A stretch of 64,000 nt of DNA from Azolla caroliniana (taxonomy: Eukaryota; Plantae; Polypodiophyta), in contig JBHGNT010000006.1 of the NCBI GenBank assembly GCA_043228905.1, positions 12,586,001 through 12,650,000 of the forward strand, read 5' to 3'. How positions within the stretch are numbered: the stretch's first letter is position 1; each line of letters starts with the position of its first letter. Below the pieces are notes generated by a model. The model was given only the letters and a program-made list of their open reading frames with translations, searched no databases and was not told the DNA's origin. The position numbers were made by a program, and so were the translations under genes. Positions 11,604 through 23,998 of this stretch are shown here, piece by piece.

Positions 11604-12643
11604 ACGTAGGCGAGAAACCGGTTGTGGTCAGTTACGAACCTAACAAGTGGTATTAGAACAATGGAAGAACATTTCGGTGGAATGTTCAAGTTAACCAGCT
11701 CCAACTATTCAGTGTGTAAGGTGAAGATGTGGGATATAATCGAGTGCAAAGACTTGTGGCCACCGGTGCAATACGACAAGATGAAGCCGAACAAGATTGA
11801 TGCATCGACTTGGGAAATCATGCATCTGAAGGCGGCAAAATATGTGAGGTGTTTTATAGACATGAGTCTATATAACAACTTCAACGAGGAGAGAGATGCT
11901 GAAGTTCCGTGGAAGAAGATTGGGTTCATGTTTGAGAATAAGAACACGGTAAACAGAGTCTCAATCTTCAGAATGCTAGCATGGCGGAGCACATGAACGC
12001 CTTCCAAGGACTCATAAATCAAACCACCTCTCTAGAAGTACCTCTTGCCAACAAGGTATTAGCACTATTGTTCTTAGGATCCCTTCCGGATAGTTGGGAG
12101 ATGCTCGTTGTCACATTGGGCAACGCCGGACCGGAAGGGAAGCATCTGTCCCTAGAGCAAGTGAAGTCGAGCTTATTAAATGCGTAAGCTCATCCGAAGG
12201 ACAGAGAGTCCATTGCCGACCCGAAGGCCTTGGTCACAGAAAGTGACACAAATCAAGGAAGAGGCTGGAATCGAAGTCCCCAGAATCGAGATAAGTCAAG
12301 GGGAAGGCCCACGTGCTTCTATTGTGGGAAGCCAAAGCACTTCCAAAAGATTTGCCGACACTTTTGAAAGGAAAAGGGGGGAGCTAAAGGTGTGCAACCT
12401 GTTATCGTACGAGATGTACAGAGAGTTGAGTGAGGGTTACGAAACTTAATGTTGTTGTATGTATGTGTAATGTATACGATTATAAGTGTGAATGTAAACT
12501 TGTGAGTGGATAGATACGAAGAGGTTTGAGTGAGTGATTAGTGTGAATCGCCAAGGGGGCTTGCACCCCTATGTATCTACCCTCCTCTTGTACTATTTAA
12601 CCCCCTTACGGGGAATGAATGAAACATAAGTAAAGATTTCTCT

Positions 12644-14480
12644 AGAGATGTAAATAATGTAAACAACTATCGAACCATCATGGTTGGCTCATTAATGGCA
12701 AAACTATTTGGATGTATAATGGAATCAAAGATAAGTGTATGGGCAGAAAAAAATGGTAAGAGAGCTCATGGACAAGCTTGTTTTCGAAAACACCATAGAA
12801 CCATTGATCATCTTGTCACTCCTCGAGTATTAATGGAGGAAAGTAGCCTTAAAGGTAAAGGTTTATATTGTTGCTTTGTAGACTTCAAGAAAACTTTTGA
12901 TATGGTACCTCATAAGCATCTTTGGAGGTGGATGGAATAACTTGAGGTGCCAAGTGAATATATGCTTGCAATTTCCCTAATATATGAGAAGGTTATATGT
13001 TGTGTGCGTATGAGAGATAGACTTTTAGATTTTTTCAATAGCACTATTGGTGTTAAGCAAGGATGCCCACTCTCACCAACATTATTTGGTCTATGCATTG
13101 ATGAATTAGAAGAAATGGTTACCAAGTTTGTAAAGGAAGAATGTGTTGAAGAAGTTTCCATTGGGAATGTTGTGATTATGCTATTGTTATATGCGGATGA
13201 TGTAGTGCTTTTTGCAAATACTTCAGGAGATGCACAAAAGCTTATGAAGGCATTGGAAATTTTTTGCATGCATACTAGATTAAGTGTCAATAGCTCTAAA
13301 ACAAAGATTATGCTTGTGAAGAGTCAAAAAAGAGATAAATCATGCATTATGTACAACAATGAGCCACTTGAATGTGTGGAAAGCTTCGAATATCTTGGCC
13401 TTGAAGTTCCCTCAAATCATAAATGAAATGAATGTGCTACACGCCGCTTAGAGGCAGGTAAGCGAGCATATTATGCATTTGAGAACACATGCAATTTTGG
13501 AGATATTAAGTGTTGGGTCCTCAAGAAATATCTTTTTGACACTTAGGTGACCCCGGTTCCTCTCTATGGGGTGGAAGTATGGGGCGGTAGCATCCCTAAA
13601 TCTACGTGGAAAGAGTTTGAAAATGTCCAAAAACATTTTCTTTCAAAGTTTCTACAAGTTAAGAAACAAACGCCCTACACCCTCCTCCTTGAGACGGGAT
13701 CGCTTCCCATTGAGATCATGGCCATGGAAAGGGTTGTTGAATACATGCTTTAGGTTCTAAAAAGCTCCTCACATCGACTTTCTAGAATTGCATGGGAAGC
13801 AAGCAAAAAGATCCAAAAGACGCATAAAAACAAAATTTTGTGTTCCGGTTGGATGCAAGATTTAGAAAAATGGTTTGGTAGATTGGATGCAAGACACTTG
13901 CTTCATGATGCGTCACTAGATTCCTTTGTAAATGAGGCCTTTTTGCAATGCCAATGTATCATGACATGGGACAAATGTGGTGGCTCACGCTTCACAAATT
14001 ATACTACAAATGTTGCACCTAACTACAAAACCATATTTTTCGCGGAACGGGGAAGCCGTACACATCGATACATGTTAGAGCCCATCCCGATATTTGCCAT
14101 TCGAACATTGCTTCCATGGGACTTAGCTCGCACGCATTGAGATGTGAGACGGGGCGTTGGTGCACAAGTGATGAGAGTGGTTGACTATGCACACTTTGCC
14201 CTAAACAAGTTCGAGAGTCTTGAGTATCACACTTTGATACAATGTTCTGCCTTTGATCATATTCGACCATGCTTTCCACATCTCTTCGATCGAGCCCAAT
14301 CCTTGCACGAATTTCTCTCACAACCACGATGTGCACTCTTGATTACAACATTCATTGGTAAAGTTCTTGAACATCGAGAGTCGCTAATCACCATCACATG
14401 TATCACGTGAAATGTAATATTTTTGGTCTCATAGGTCATATTTGACCTCCGAAGACGATAATATAATCTATCTATCTATC
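12644..14480 (+). mobile_element. 5'-truncated LINE (RT plus C-terminal CCHC; RTE/RTEX-like), decayed
   Basis: NYRTIMVG, FVDFKKTFD, GVKQGCPLSPTLF and LLYADD motifs; C-terminal CTLC..H..C; ends in (ATCT)n tail; several stops. Confidence 0.85.
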
Positions 14481-15524
14481 TCTTGTCATCTCTCTCTCTC
14501 TCTCTCCCCCTCACGTTGAACCCCTTTGGGAGGGGGGCAAACCATTCTAGGTGCCACCCGCCACCCCGCAATGCTTATCAATCTCCATCGCTATCAATCA
14601 CACTCATCATCTTCATCATCATCACCACAATCACCATTTTCATCTTCATTGTCATCATCGTCGCTAACCCTATTTCTACCGATTTATTATCACTAACCCT
14701 AACCGTAAACCCATAACACTATTTTGACATGCCCTAAGGTCGACCACCCTTCGAAAAGAAGTTGAAGAAGGATGTGCGACGACAACGTAAATGCGAAATG
14801 TGCGATAATGATGTGAGAGAAATCGAATTGACAATGTGCAGCAAATGGCCATCACAATATGCTAAACGAAGTCAAGGAATGATATGCGGCGATATGGGTG
14901 TGCAAGAACTAGCGACGCGTGTGCGGGAAAGTGTGGTGTAGGAAACAGAGACACAAACGAAGAATGTGATGGAATAAGTGAACGAAGCCGGTGACGATGC
15001 TGAAGAAAAAAAACGGATAGTGACGACGACCAAACAACGTGCGACCAGAGCGCTCGAGGAGTGGCCACAATGACTACAAAGCGGTCGAAGAGCAACAGGA
15101 ATGAATGAGGGCGAGTGGATGAAGAGAGACAATGATTAGAGCAGTGGCCAACCGATGACCGAAAATCAGCCACTGAAGTGGCCAAGAAAAGCAACGGCTG
15201 AATGGAGGCTAGATAAGCCAAATAACGACCAAAACAACGGTGACCGGAATGGCCGAAGTAGTAGAATAACCCTGACGGCCAAACAACGACGCGGGAAAGA
15301 CGACTGGAATGTCCAAACAATGAAGCAGAGAGGCTGAAAATTGGCGGCCGGATAGCCGAAAAGGCTGGAAAGAGATAACAATGGAGGTGGTTGAACGACA
15401 GCCGAACAACGACAAACAAAGATGAATATAGCCTTAGGAAGAAGAAAGATAAAGAAAGGAGCAACATTATGAAGAAGAATGAGAAGGCAAAGGAAGAACA
15501 AGAGAAAAAGAAAGAATGTGGAAG

Positions 15525-16015
15525 TTAAAAAAAAAACAAAGAAGAAAAAGAAAAAGAAAACAAAAAAAAAGAAAAAAAAGAAAAAAAAGAAAAAAACAAA
15601 AAAACAAAAAACAAAAAAAAACAAAAAAAAACAAAAAACAAAAAAAAACAAAAAAAAACAAAAAAAAACAAAAAAAACAAAAAAAAACAAAAAAAACAAA
15701 AAAAACAAAAAAAACAAAAAAAACAAAAAAAACAAAAAAAACAAAAAAAACAAAAAAAAACAAAAAAAACAAAAAAAACAAAAAAAACAAAAAAAACAAA
15801 AAAAACAAAAAAAACAAAAAAAACAAAAAAAACAAAAAAAACAAAAAAAACAAAAAAAACAAAAAAAACAAAAAAAACAAAAAAAACAAAAAAAACAAAA
15901 AAAAACAAAAAAAACCAAAAAAACCAAAAAAACAAAAAAAACAAAAAAAACAAAAAAAAACCAAAAAAAACCAAAAAAACAAAAAAACAAAAATAAAAAA
16001 TAAAAAAAACAAAAA
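15525..16015 (+). repeat. (CAAAAAAA)n low-complexity array, approx. 490 bp
   Basis: Direct reading; mostly 8-bp period. Confidence 0.97.
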
Positions 16016-16984
16016 AAGAGAAAAATAGGGGCATGCGACAAATTTCTAAAACATGAGGATATCAAATGAAATTTTAAAACTTTGATGGTATAATACATAA
16101 ATTTTAAAACTCATCAACCTGAAAGAAATGGACGTGATCGACTACGACAACTCACACAAAGTTAAAGGAAGAACACACATACACAAAGTTTTTTTAAAGA
16201 CCTGAAGGATGTTACCAAAGTTCGTGTGCCGACAGAACGCAAAAGTGTTCGTGTCGAGGAAGATTTGTTGACCGAAGGAGATTTTTGAGTTAAGCATTCT
16301 GATCAAGGGAGGCGATCGATTTGAGAACCGATGGAAGTTCCGGTTGAATAGAGATGATGATCAATATATGTGGGATCAACGTGCAAGGCACTATCCCACG
16401 GGCGTTCCAGAATGTGTTATCGTACGAGATGTACGAAGAGTTGAGTGAGGGTGAAGAAACTTAATGTTGTTGTATGTGTGTGTAATGTATACGATTATGA
16501 GTGTGAATGTAAGTGTGAGTGGATAGATAAGAAGAGGTGTGAGTGAGTGATTAGTGTGAATGGCAAGGGGGCTTGCACCCCTATGTATCTACCCCCCTCT
16601 TGTACTATTTAACCCCCTTATGGGGAATGGATGAAACATAAGAAAATATTTCTCTCTCAACTTCTCTCTCTTGTCATCTCTCTCTTGTCATCTCTCTCTC
16701 TCTCTCTCTCTCCCCCATCATGTTGAACCCCCTTGGGAGGGGGGTGGAGCCATTCTAGGCGCTAGCCCCCACCCCGCAATGCTTATCAATCTCCATCGCT
16801 ATCAATCCCACTCATCATATTCATCATCATCATCACAATCACCATTTTCATCTTCATCGTCATCATCATCGCCATCATTATCAGTAGCTATAATCCGAAA
16901 CCTATAACACAGCCGAGGAAGATTTCGGACATCAAGAACACGTCAGCAATTGTGACAAGAGAGGAGTTGTTGCTCATCAGTGAG

Positions 16985-18445
16985 TGTAAAATAATATGTG
17001 TGCGGAAGCGTATGCGTAAGACACAGAGTACACACGTCGGAAGTATGACAGTTCGGTAAAACACAGAAATCACAAAGAAGGAGAGGGTGAGACAGGGAGA
17101 GCAGAAACAAAACTATATTCAAAAAAATTCTTTGTATGTTCTCTTTGTATATACTTCGTGCTCAGTGAGCACCTTTTATAGAAGCCATGACTATTGGGCT
17201 GACACAAGTACTGACAATACTTGACTACTTATAAATGAGCCTTCTACACTAAATCCCAAAACTATTCCTTACGAGGAATAACGTTCTAACGGCCTCTCGG
17301 TTTACACACCCCTATGACCATGTTGTGCGTACAGTTTTACGCACCCAGTCTACGCACTGGGTTACACACCTGTTTACGCACCCAATGTTGAGCTTGTATC
17401 TCAACACTCCCCCTCAAGCTCTAACTTGAGGTCCCGCGTGGTCCTCCGGATCTTCGCTCCGGCTTCTCCTGGCTTCACGCCTCGCTCGCGCTCTTCAACC
17501 CGTTCGATTCTGCGCGCCTCGACCCTTTCAGTCGGCTTGTCTACTTGTGTGGCCCTTCTCAGATCCCTTGCTGTTGCGGTATTGGCGCCTCTTCCGCTGC
17601 CCTTTCCTCCACTTGGCCCTTAGTTGATTTGGCATGTCCGAATCGAACATTTCGATTGAATCGGTCACTACCAACTCGTTTCCGCTCACGTCTGAATTGG
17701 TTGTCTCTAATTTGTCTTCTATCTTTAGGCCCTTGACAACATCAGACCACGCCTTGGTCTTGGCCTTTACGCCCTTCTTGGCTGTATCTCCCCCTTGTTC
17801 GGCTATCTTTGGCTCTTTCTTGCGATTACAACCTCAGTTTCCTCCTTCGGCTTCTTCAACCGACCTGAAATCGAATTCTTCATCCGATTCAGCATCGCGG
17901 TCACTACCACTCCTTTTACGTTCACGCTCATGTTCCTGTCTCCCCCTCAAGTTCGGTGTGTCATGGTGACACAAACCCAGCTCACCCGAGAAATGCCGCA
18001 ACTTGTCGAGACCAAGGGGCTTGGTGAAGATGTCGGCAATCTGCCGACCCGTGGGACCATACACTAGTTCGACTTCACCAGAAAGGACACGCTCGCACCT
18101 CAATGTGCTTGGTCCGGGTGTGGAATATAGGGTTTTTTGCAAGGTGGATACTGTTGAGGTTGTCGCAATATATCATCATTGGATCAGACACCTCCACATG
18201 TTGATCCCGTAATAGCCGTTTCAGCCAAATGACTTCGCACGTAGCGACAATCGCCCCTCGATATTCGGCCTCCGTGCTCGACAGGGCCACTGTCGGCTGC
18301 TTTTGACTCCTCCATGCGATCGCCACACTTCCCATTGAGAATGCGTATCCGGATGTGGATCTACGATTGTTGGCATTTCCTACCCAATCGACATCTGTGT
18401 AGCCAACTAATTGTTCGGCTATGCCTGCCCGATATAGCAATGGCC
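16985..18445 (-). mobile_element. Ty1/Copia family B 3' fragment (RNase H, C-terminal extension, 3' LTR)
   Basis: LTR 16985-17406; PPT 17407-17418; RNase H motifs GYTDVDW, ALSSTEAEY, IYCDN, RTKHIEV, ADIFTKPL. Confidence 0.9.
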
Positions 18446-19075
18446 ATAAAGCGCTAACTCTAAAGGGACGAGAAAGCCTTTGCATTCTTGCTAGGGGAGA
18501 TCGGGTGTGTCGACCCAACGATCGTAGAGCCAATGGTGACCTTCACGGTATCACACGTCTCGTGGAATCTCAAACCGATTATAGTGCCGAGAGCTAACGT
18601 CCTGAAATTGATGGGGCTACTTAGGTAGAAGGTTGATATGGGTATCCTTGAACCTTCGAGTGCCCCTTATTCAAATGGGTGGTTTATGGTGCCGAAGAAC
18701 AATCGCACATTGCGCTTAATTCAGGACCTGCAGGCTGTCAATAAAGTAACCATTCAGAATGTAGGGATTGAACTGACCATAAACGAGTTCGCGGAGGCCT
18801 TCGCCGGGAGGTCAATCTACTCGGTCGGAGAGCTATACTCGAGGTATGACCAATTCCAATTAGTTGTAGAAAGTAGGGATATCACAACGATGCAAACCCT
18901 TCTCGGCCTAGTTTCGATGTGTACCCTGTACCACAAGGAGGGACGAACTCGGTGGTGCACATGGTGAATGAAATGAACAAAGTATTGAGGGACTACATCC
19001 CGGACATCACCATACCGTTTTTGGATGACATCTCGTTCAAGGGATGTCCGGACGATGCAAAGGATGAGTCGATTA

Positions 19076-19813
19076 TGACTCGTTATGCACAACGCTCGAC
19101 CACAACCGAGCTTAGAATCATACATAGAAAACAGGAAATAAAACACGACACGAAGAAGAGACGAGTACACAGGATGTTTACGTGGACAACCCAAAGAGGG
19201 AAAAACCACGGCAGCCCACAGGCTGCAAACTATCACTATGCTAGAATGTACAACAGTGAGTTCACGGAGGCAACGACCTCGTGCTCAACGATCCTCGCCA
19301 CAGGCGGCGGTTACAACAGAGGCAACGACCTCTTTCTCTCTCTCTCTGTGTACACTGTTACGCGCTCTCTCTATTCTTGCACCAACAAGAATGACAACGA
19401 CACCAACAACAACTAAAAGTTAGCCCTAAGTCATATTTATACTAATATGACTTTTCGGCTATTTACAAATATAGCCTCGATGGACTCTCAGAAACATATT
19501 TACGAATATGTCTCTTCATCCGGTTCTCACCGGGTCTATACCATCCGGTTCTCCGTAGCCGGGTACTCCTCATCCGGTCTTCACCGGGTCTGTATCATCT
19601 GGCTCTCCGTAGCCGGGTACTCCTCATCCGGTCTTCACCGGGTCTGTATCATCTGGCTCTCCGTAGCCGGGTACTCCTCATCCGGTTCATACCGGGTCTG
19701 CACCATCCGGCTCTCCGTAGCCGGGTCCTCCTCATACGGTTTCGGCCTCGGCCAAGTTTGTTCATCGGCACTGTTCTTCTCCCTTCCCATCCAGAGGGAC
19801 CTGTCTCCCAACA
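19076..19813 (-). mobile_element. Copia family A solo LTR with internal 57-bp tandem repeats
   Basis: TG..CA; TSD GATTA at 19071-19075 and 19814-19818; about 4 copies of a 57-bp unit at 19515-19735. Confidence 0.88.
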
Positions 19814-22800
19814 GATTAGAGCGGAAGTATGTCGGATATTTGTCGTGGACCACATCTCCGACTGCGAGAAGATACTACAGAGGCTTGAGGGTGCTGGACT
19901 TACCTTCTCTGGGGTGAAGTCAATTTTCGAACAATCAGAGTGTTGAGAATATGCGGAATAATGCTCAGCCACAACCGAGTCTTCAGTCGCTTCGTTGAGA
20001 ATTACAAACACAGCTGTGGGAATGTGGAGATAGATGATACGTATACACAAACACTGAAAGAGAGTGTACATAGTATGTTAACATGGAAAACCGTAAATGG
20101 GAAAAACCACGGGAGCCCACGGACTCCAAACTATCACTATGTCAAAGAATACAACAGAGGGCACAGAGGCAATGACCTCGTGCTCATACTCTTCGCCTGG
20201 TGGAGGTTACAACAGAGAATCACTCTGTATATATATATCTCTCTGTGTCTCTGTCTCTGCTACGCTCTGTACAACAGTTACACCAATAACTCTATACAAC
20301 AACAAAAATGGCAACACAATGATACACACAAAAATGGCTCATAAACTGACTCACCACTCCGATTGCGTATCCGATATCCGGTCGGGTACACACCATTGCG
20401 TACATTAAGCTCCCGACGACAGAGGAATATGGTATCTTCATCATATCCGCCTTCTCTGCCTTCGTCTTCGGGCTTTGCTTACCGGATAACCTGTAGTTTG
20501 CCGGGAGTGTCGATCCGACCGGTTTCGCATCTGACATGTTGAACCGCTGAAGCACCTTTGTCACGTACTTCTCCTGTAACAACCACAATTGCTTTGTTGA
20601 CCAGTCCCGGATGATATGCATCCCCAATATCTGTCTTGCCGGACCCAAGTCTTTCATTGAGAAGTTCCGGTTCAAGGCTTTCTTCAGCATTCGTATCTTG
20701 ACTTGGTCTCGTCCGACGATCAACATGTCGTCCACATACAGGAGGAGAATCAGGAAGTCTCCACCTTCGAACTTCTTCACAAATACGCAGTGATCGGCCT
20801 GCGTCTTGTGGTATCCTTGATCGGTCATGAAGGAGTCGAACTTCCGGTACCATTGTCAGGGAGCCTGCTTCAAACCGTAGAGGCTCTTCTTCAACCGGCA
20901 AACCAGGTGCTCCTTCCCTTTCTTCACAAATCCCTCTGGTTGTTGCATGTAGATCTCCTCTTCGAGGTCGTAGTGGAGGAATGCCATCTTCACGTCTTAC
21001 TACTCTACCTCGAGATCCATGCTTGCCGCTATGCTCAACACCGTCCAGATAGAAGTCATCTTTACTACCGGGACAAATATCTCGTCGAAGTCCACACACT
21101 TCTTCTGGTGGAACCCCTTCACCACGATCCTGGCTTTATACCTTGGGGGGTTGCCGGCATCACCCGGTTTCAACTTGTACACCCACTTATTCTGGAGTGG
21201 CCGTTTTCCTTTCGGCAACTCCACCAATTCATACGTGTGGTTCTCATGTAGAAAATCCATCTCGTCTTGCATGGCACTCAACCACTTGCGGATGTGGGTA
21301 TCCTTCTTTGCTTCTTCGAAGCTTTCTGGCTCCCCCTCATCGGTTAGCAACACATGCTCTGCATTCGGAAATCTCCGAGGGGCTCTTCTTTCCTGGAGAG
21401 GATATCTCCGTCTTTGGTTTTCAGCAACCGGCTCCTCTATTTGTTCTTCATCCGAATCCGATTTGGGGTCTTGGCCGGTTCCGATTTCAGCTTCCTCTCC
21501 TTCTTCTGCCGGTTTGGTATCCTCACCGTAACCGGCCAGTTCTTCGAGTGTCAACCAGCTCTTAGCCAGGTAGGTCTGAATCTCATAACTGATCCTTACC
21601 GGTCGACTCGGAGCTCATTATCTTCTTTTCCGACTCCTAGTCGGCAAGGGTCTTGTCCTCCATGAAGATAATATCTCGACTCTGGAACACCTTCTTGTCG
21701 ATGGGGTCCCACACTCGGTAGCTGAACTCATCATCACCGTATCCGAGGAATATGCATGGCCGGGTCTTTGGATCCAACTTTCCTCTCCGGTCCTTAGTAG
21801 CATGCACATACGCGAGACACCTGAACACTTACAGATGCGGCGTGTCTCCATCCAAGGGTACTAAGGGTGACCTGTTTATCACATATGTTGCTGTCGACAA
21901 CACCTCAACCCAAAACGTCTTGGGTAATTTTGCATGTGCCAGCATACTCCGGACCCTCTCCATTATGGTCCGGTTCATCCTCTCGGCAAGCCCGTTTAGT
22001 TTCGGCGTCTTCGGCACGGTAAAATTGAGCCAGATTCCCTTTGAGCGGCAGGACTCCTCGAACTGCCCCTTGTATTCTCCTCCATTATCTACTCGAACTG
22101 CCTTCGGCTTCTGACCGGTTTCTCTTTCCACTTGACACACATCGATATGCACCAGCTCCAGTGGTGCATTACGTCTCATCGGTGACCTTGAGTGGAAGGA
22201 GGTCCAGTTTTGCTTACCGGCCAGGCAGTCGGTGCACTTCTCAAGATGCACGTCTTTCACCGGAATGAGGTTGTCTTTGGCAAGCCTCTTCATCCCCTTC
22301 TCGCTCATGTGACACAGTCTCTTGTGCCACAACTCACCGGCAGCGTCGGATGCAACGTTCACTTCTTCCCGGCATAACCGGGCATTCATTAGGTACAATG
22401 TGTTGACCTTCTGGGCCCGAGCTACTATCAGGCTCCCCTTGCTAAACTTCATGACACCGTTCGAGATGCTACCCGTGTAGCCTTCATCATCTAGCCGACC
22501 GGCTGATATCAGGTTCAATCGAACCTCCAAAACGTGTCGGACATCCTTCAACAGTAACTTGCATCCGCTTGGTGTTGTCAGCCACACATCTCTTGTGCCG
22601 ACAATTTGGCATGTCCCTTCATTCCCCATCCGGACACAGCCGTGCTCACCAGTTATGTAGAATGAGAAGCATTTCCGGTCCGGGGTCAGGTGGAACGATG
22701 CTCCGGAATCGACAACCCACGTTGTCTCGTCGCTGGCAAGGTTCAACTCACTCTCCTCGGTGATGAGCATCAACTCCTCTTCACTTGTCGTGATTGCCGT

Positions 22801-23998
22801 CGTTCCCTTCCGGTCCGGTCCTCTCCGGTCTTTGCCGTTCCGGTCCGGTGACTGCTTCGAATCGGTACTGTCGGTTTCCTTGTCTTTCCGGAAATGCCGA
22901 CAGTTCTTTAGGAAGTGCCCCGATTTGCCGTAATAGAAGCAAGTGGGCCTCCCCCTTGACTTTGAACATGTCCCCGACCTTTCCCAATTCTGGGGACTCC
23001 GGTTCCTTTATCTTCCGCGTTCTGATTCGGTAAGGAGCGCTTTGGAGTCGGAGCTCGTATCCTTGTCTTTCCGACGTGCCTCCTCATCTAGCAATCTCGA
23101 CTTGACTCTTGCTAGGGATAATTGTTTCCCTTCCGGCCCGGCGTTGCCCAAAGTGACAACTAACGTCTCCCAGCTATCTGGGAGGGAACTGAGCAGGAAC
23201 AGTGCTAGTACCTCATCGGCGAGAGGTACTTCCAACGATGTTGCCTAGTGAATCAGCCCCTAGAAGGGATTCATGTGCTCCGCCATACTGGAGCCATCTT
23301 GGTACCGAAGTCTTACTAGCTTCCGGAATACCGAAACCCGATTAACAACATTTTTGTTCTGAAACATAATGCCGATCTTCTCCTAGAGCTCATGAGCCTT
23401 ACTCTCCTCATTAAAATTGTTGTACAGGCTCATGTCGATGAAACATCGAATGTATGCCGTTGTCTTCATGTGCATCACCTCCCACACCCTAGTGTCGATC
23501 TTATCTCGTCTCTGTTACCAGCCGGCAAAGGAGTCCAGAGTGTGAAACGAAGGAGTTATTTAATTATTAGGAATGATTGTATGTAAGCTATTAGTAGTGT
23601 GGACGGACGGACTAGAATCGGTATGCCGTTCCAGATCCGGACCGATCCCGAACAGGTGCGGATGGCACCGTTTTGTACTACAGACCGGAAACCTATTTAA
23701 AGGCCCGGATACAATGTAATGAGCAGCGGTTAATTAATAAAGCTTAGTGTTGTTATCTCTCTGTGTTAATTGCCGTTCTGCATTCATTGTTATATCTTAC
23801 GCGTGTGAATATTAAGGAAGATCTTGCTAAGTAACCTAATTAAGTCGGATTAATCGTTGAGCCTAATCTTGTTGCCGTAACACCCCTTTGGTGAAGTGTC
23901 TTCCGTAGACACCCTGTGTTAGGCCATTGTCCGGCCCTAAGAGTTAACACAGTTTTTGGCGACCACGATTCCTGTTTTTGCAGCGAAGGACGGCACGG

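Larger units (their letters stand above)
12400..16909 (+). mobile_element. Non-coding non-autonomous LTR element (Arg family); 5' LTR split by a LINE
   Basis: LTR1 12400-approx.12643 + approx.14481-14718; LTR2 16415-16909; TSD caacc/cagcc; degenerate Arg PBS tgacatgccc 14725-14734; host Copia gag continuous across. Confidence 0.85.
7396..16984 (+). mobile_element. Ty1/Copia family A fragment (5' LTR and gag), split by two insertions
   Basis: LTR 7396-7894 + 11608-11645; degenerate iMet PBS tggtattagaac 11648-11659; gag MEEHFGGMFKLT from 11661 to 12399, resuming 16915-16984. Confidence 0.8.

Noticed and set aside
14660-14712. Telomere-like ctaaccct motifs (also tagggtt at 40555-40705)
   Set aside because: Only a few scattered copies inside LTRs, like common telo-box motifs; not an interstitial telomere array.
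15166-16098. Long Lys-rich and Phe-rich ORFs
   Set aside because: Translations of the (CA7)n repeat, which cannot contain stop codons.
19515-19735. 57-bp repeats as a CRISPR-like array
   Set aside because: Head-to-tail repeats with no unique spacers, inside a Copia LTR.
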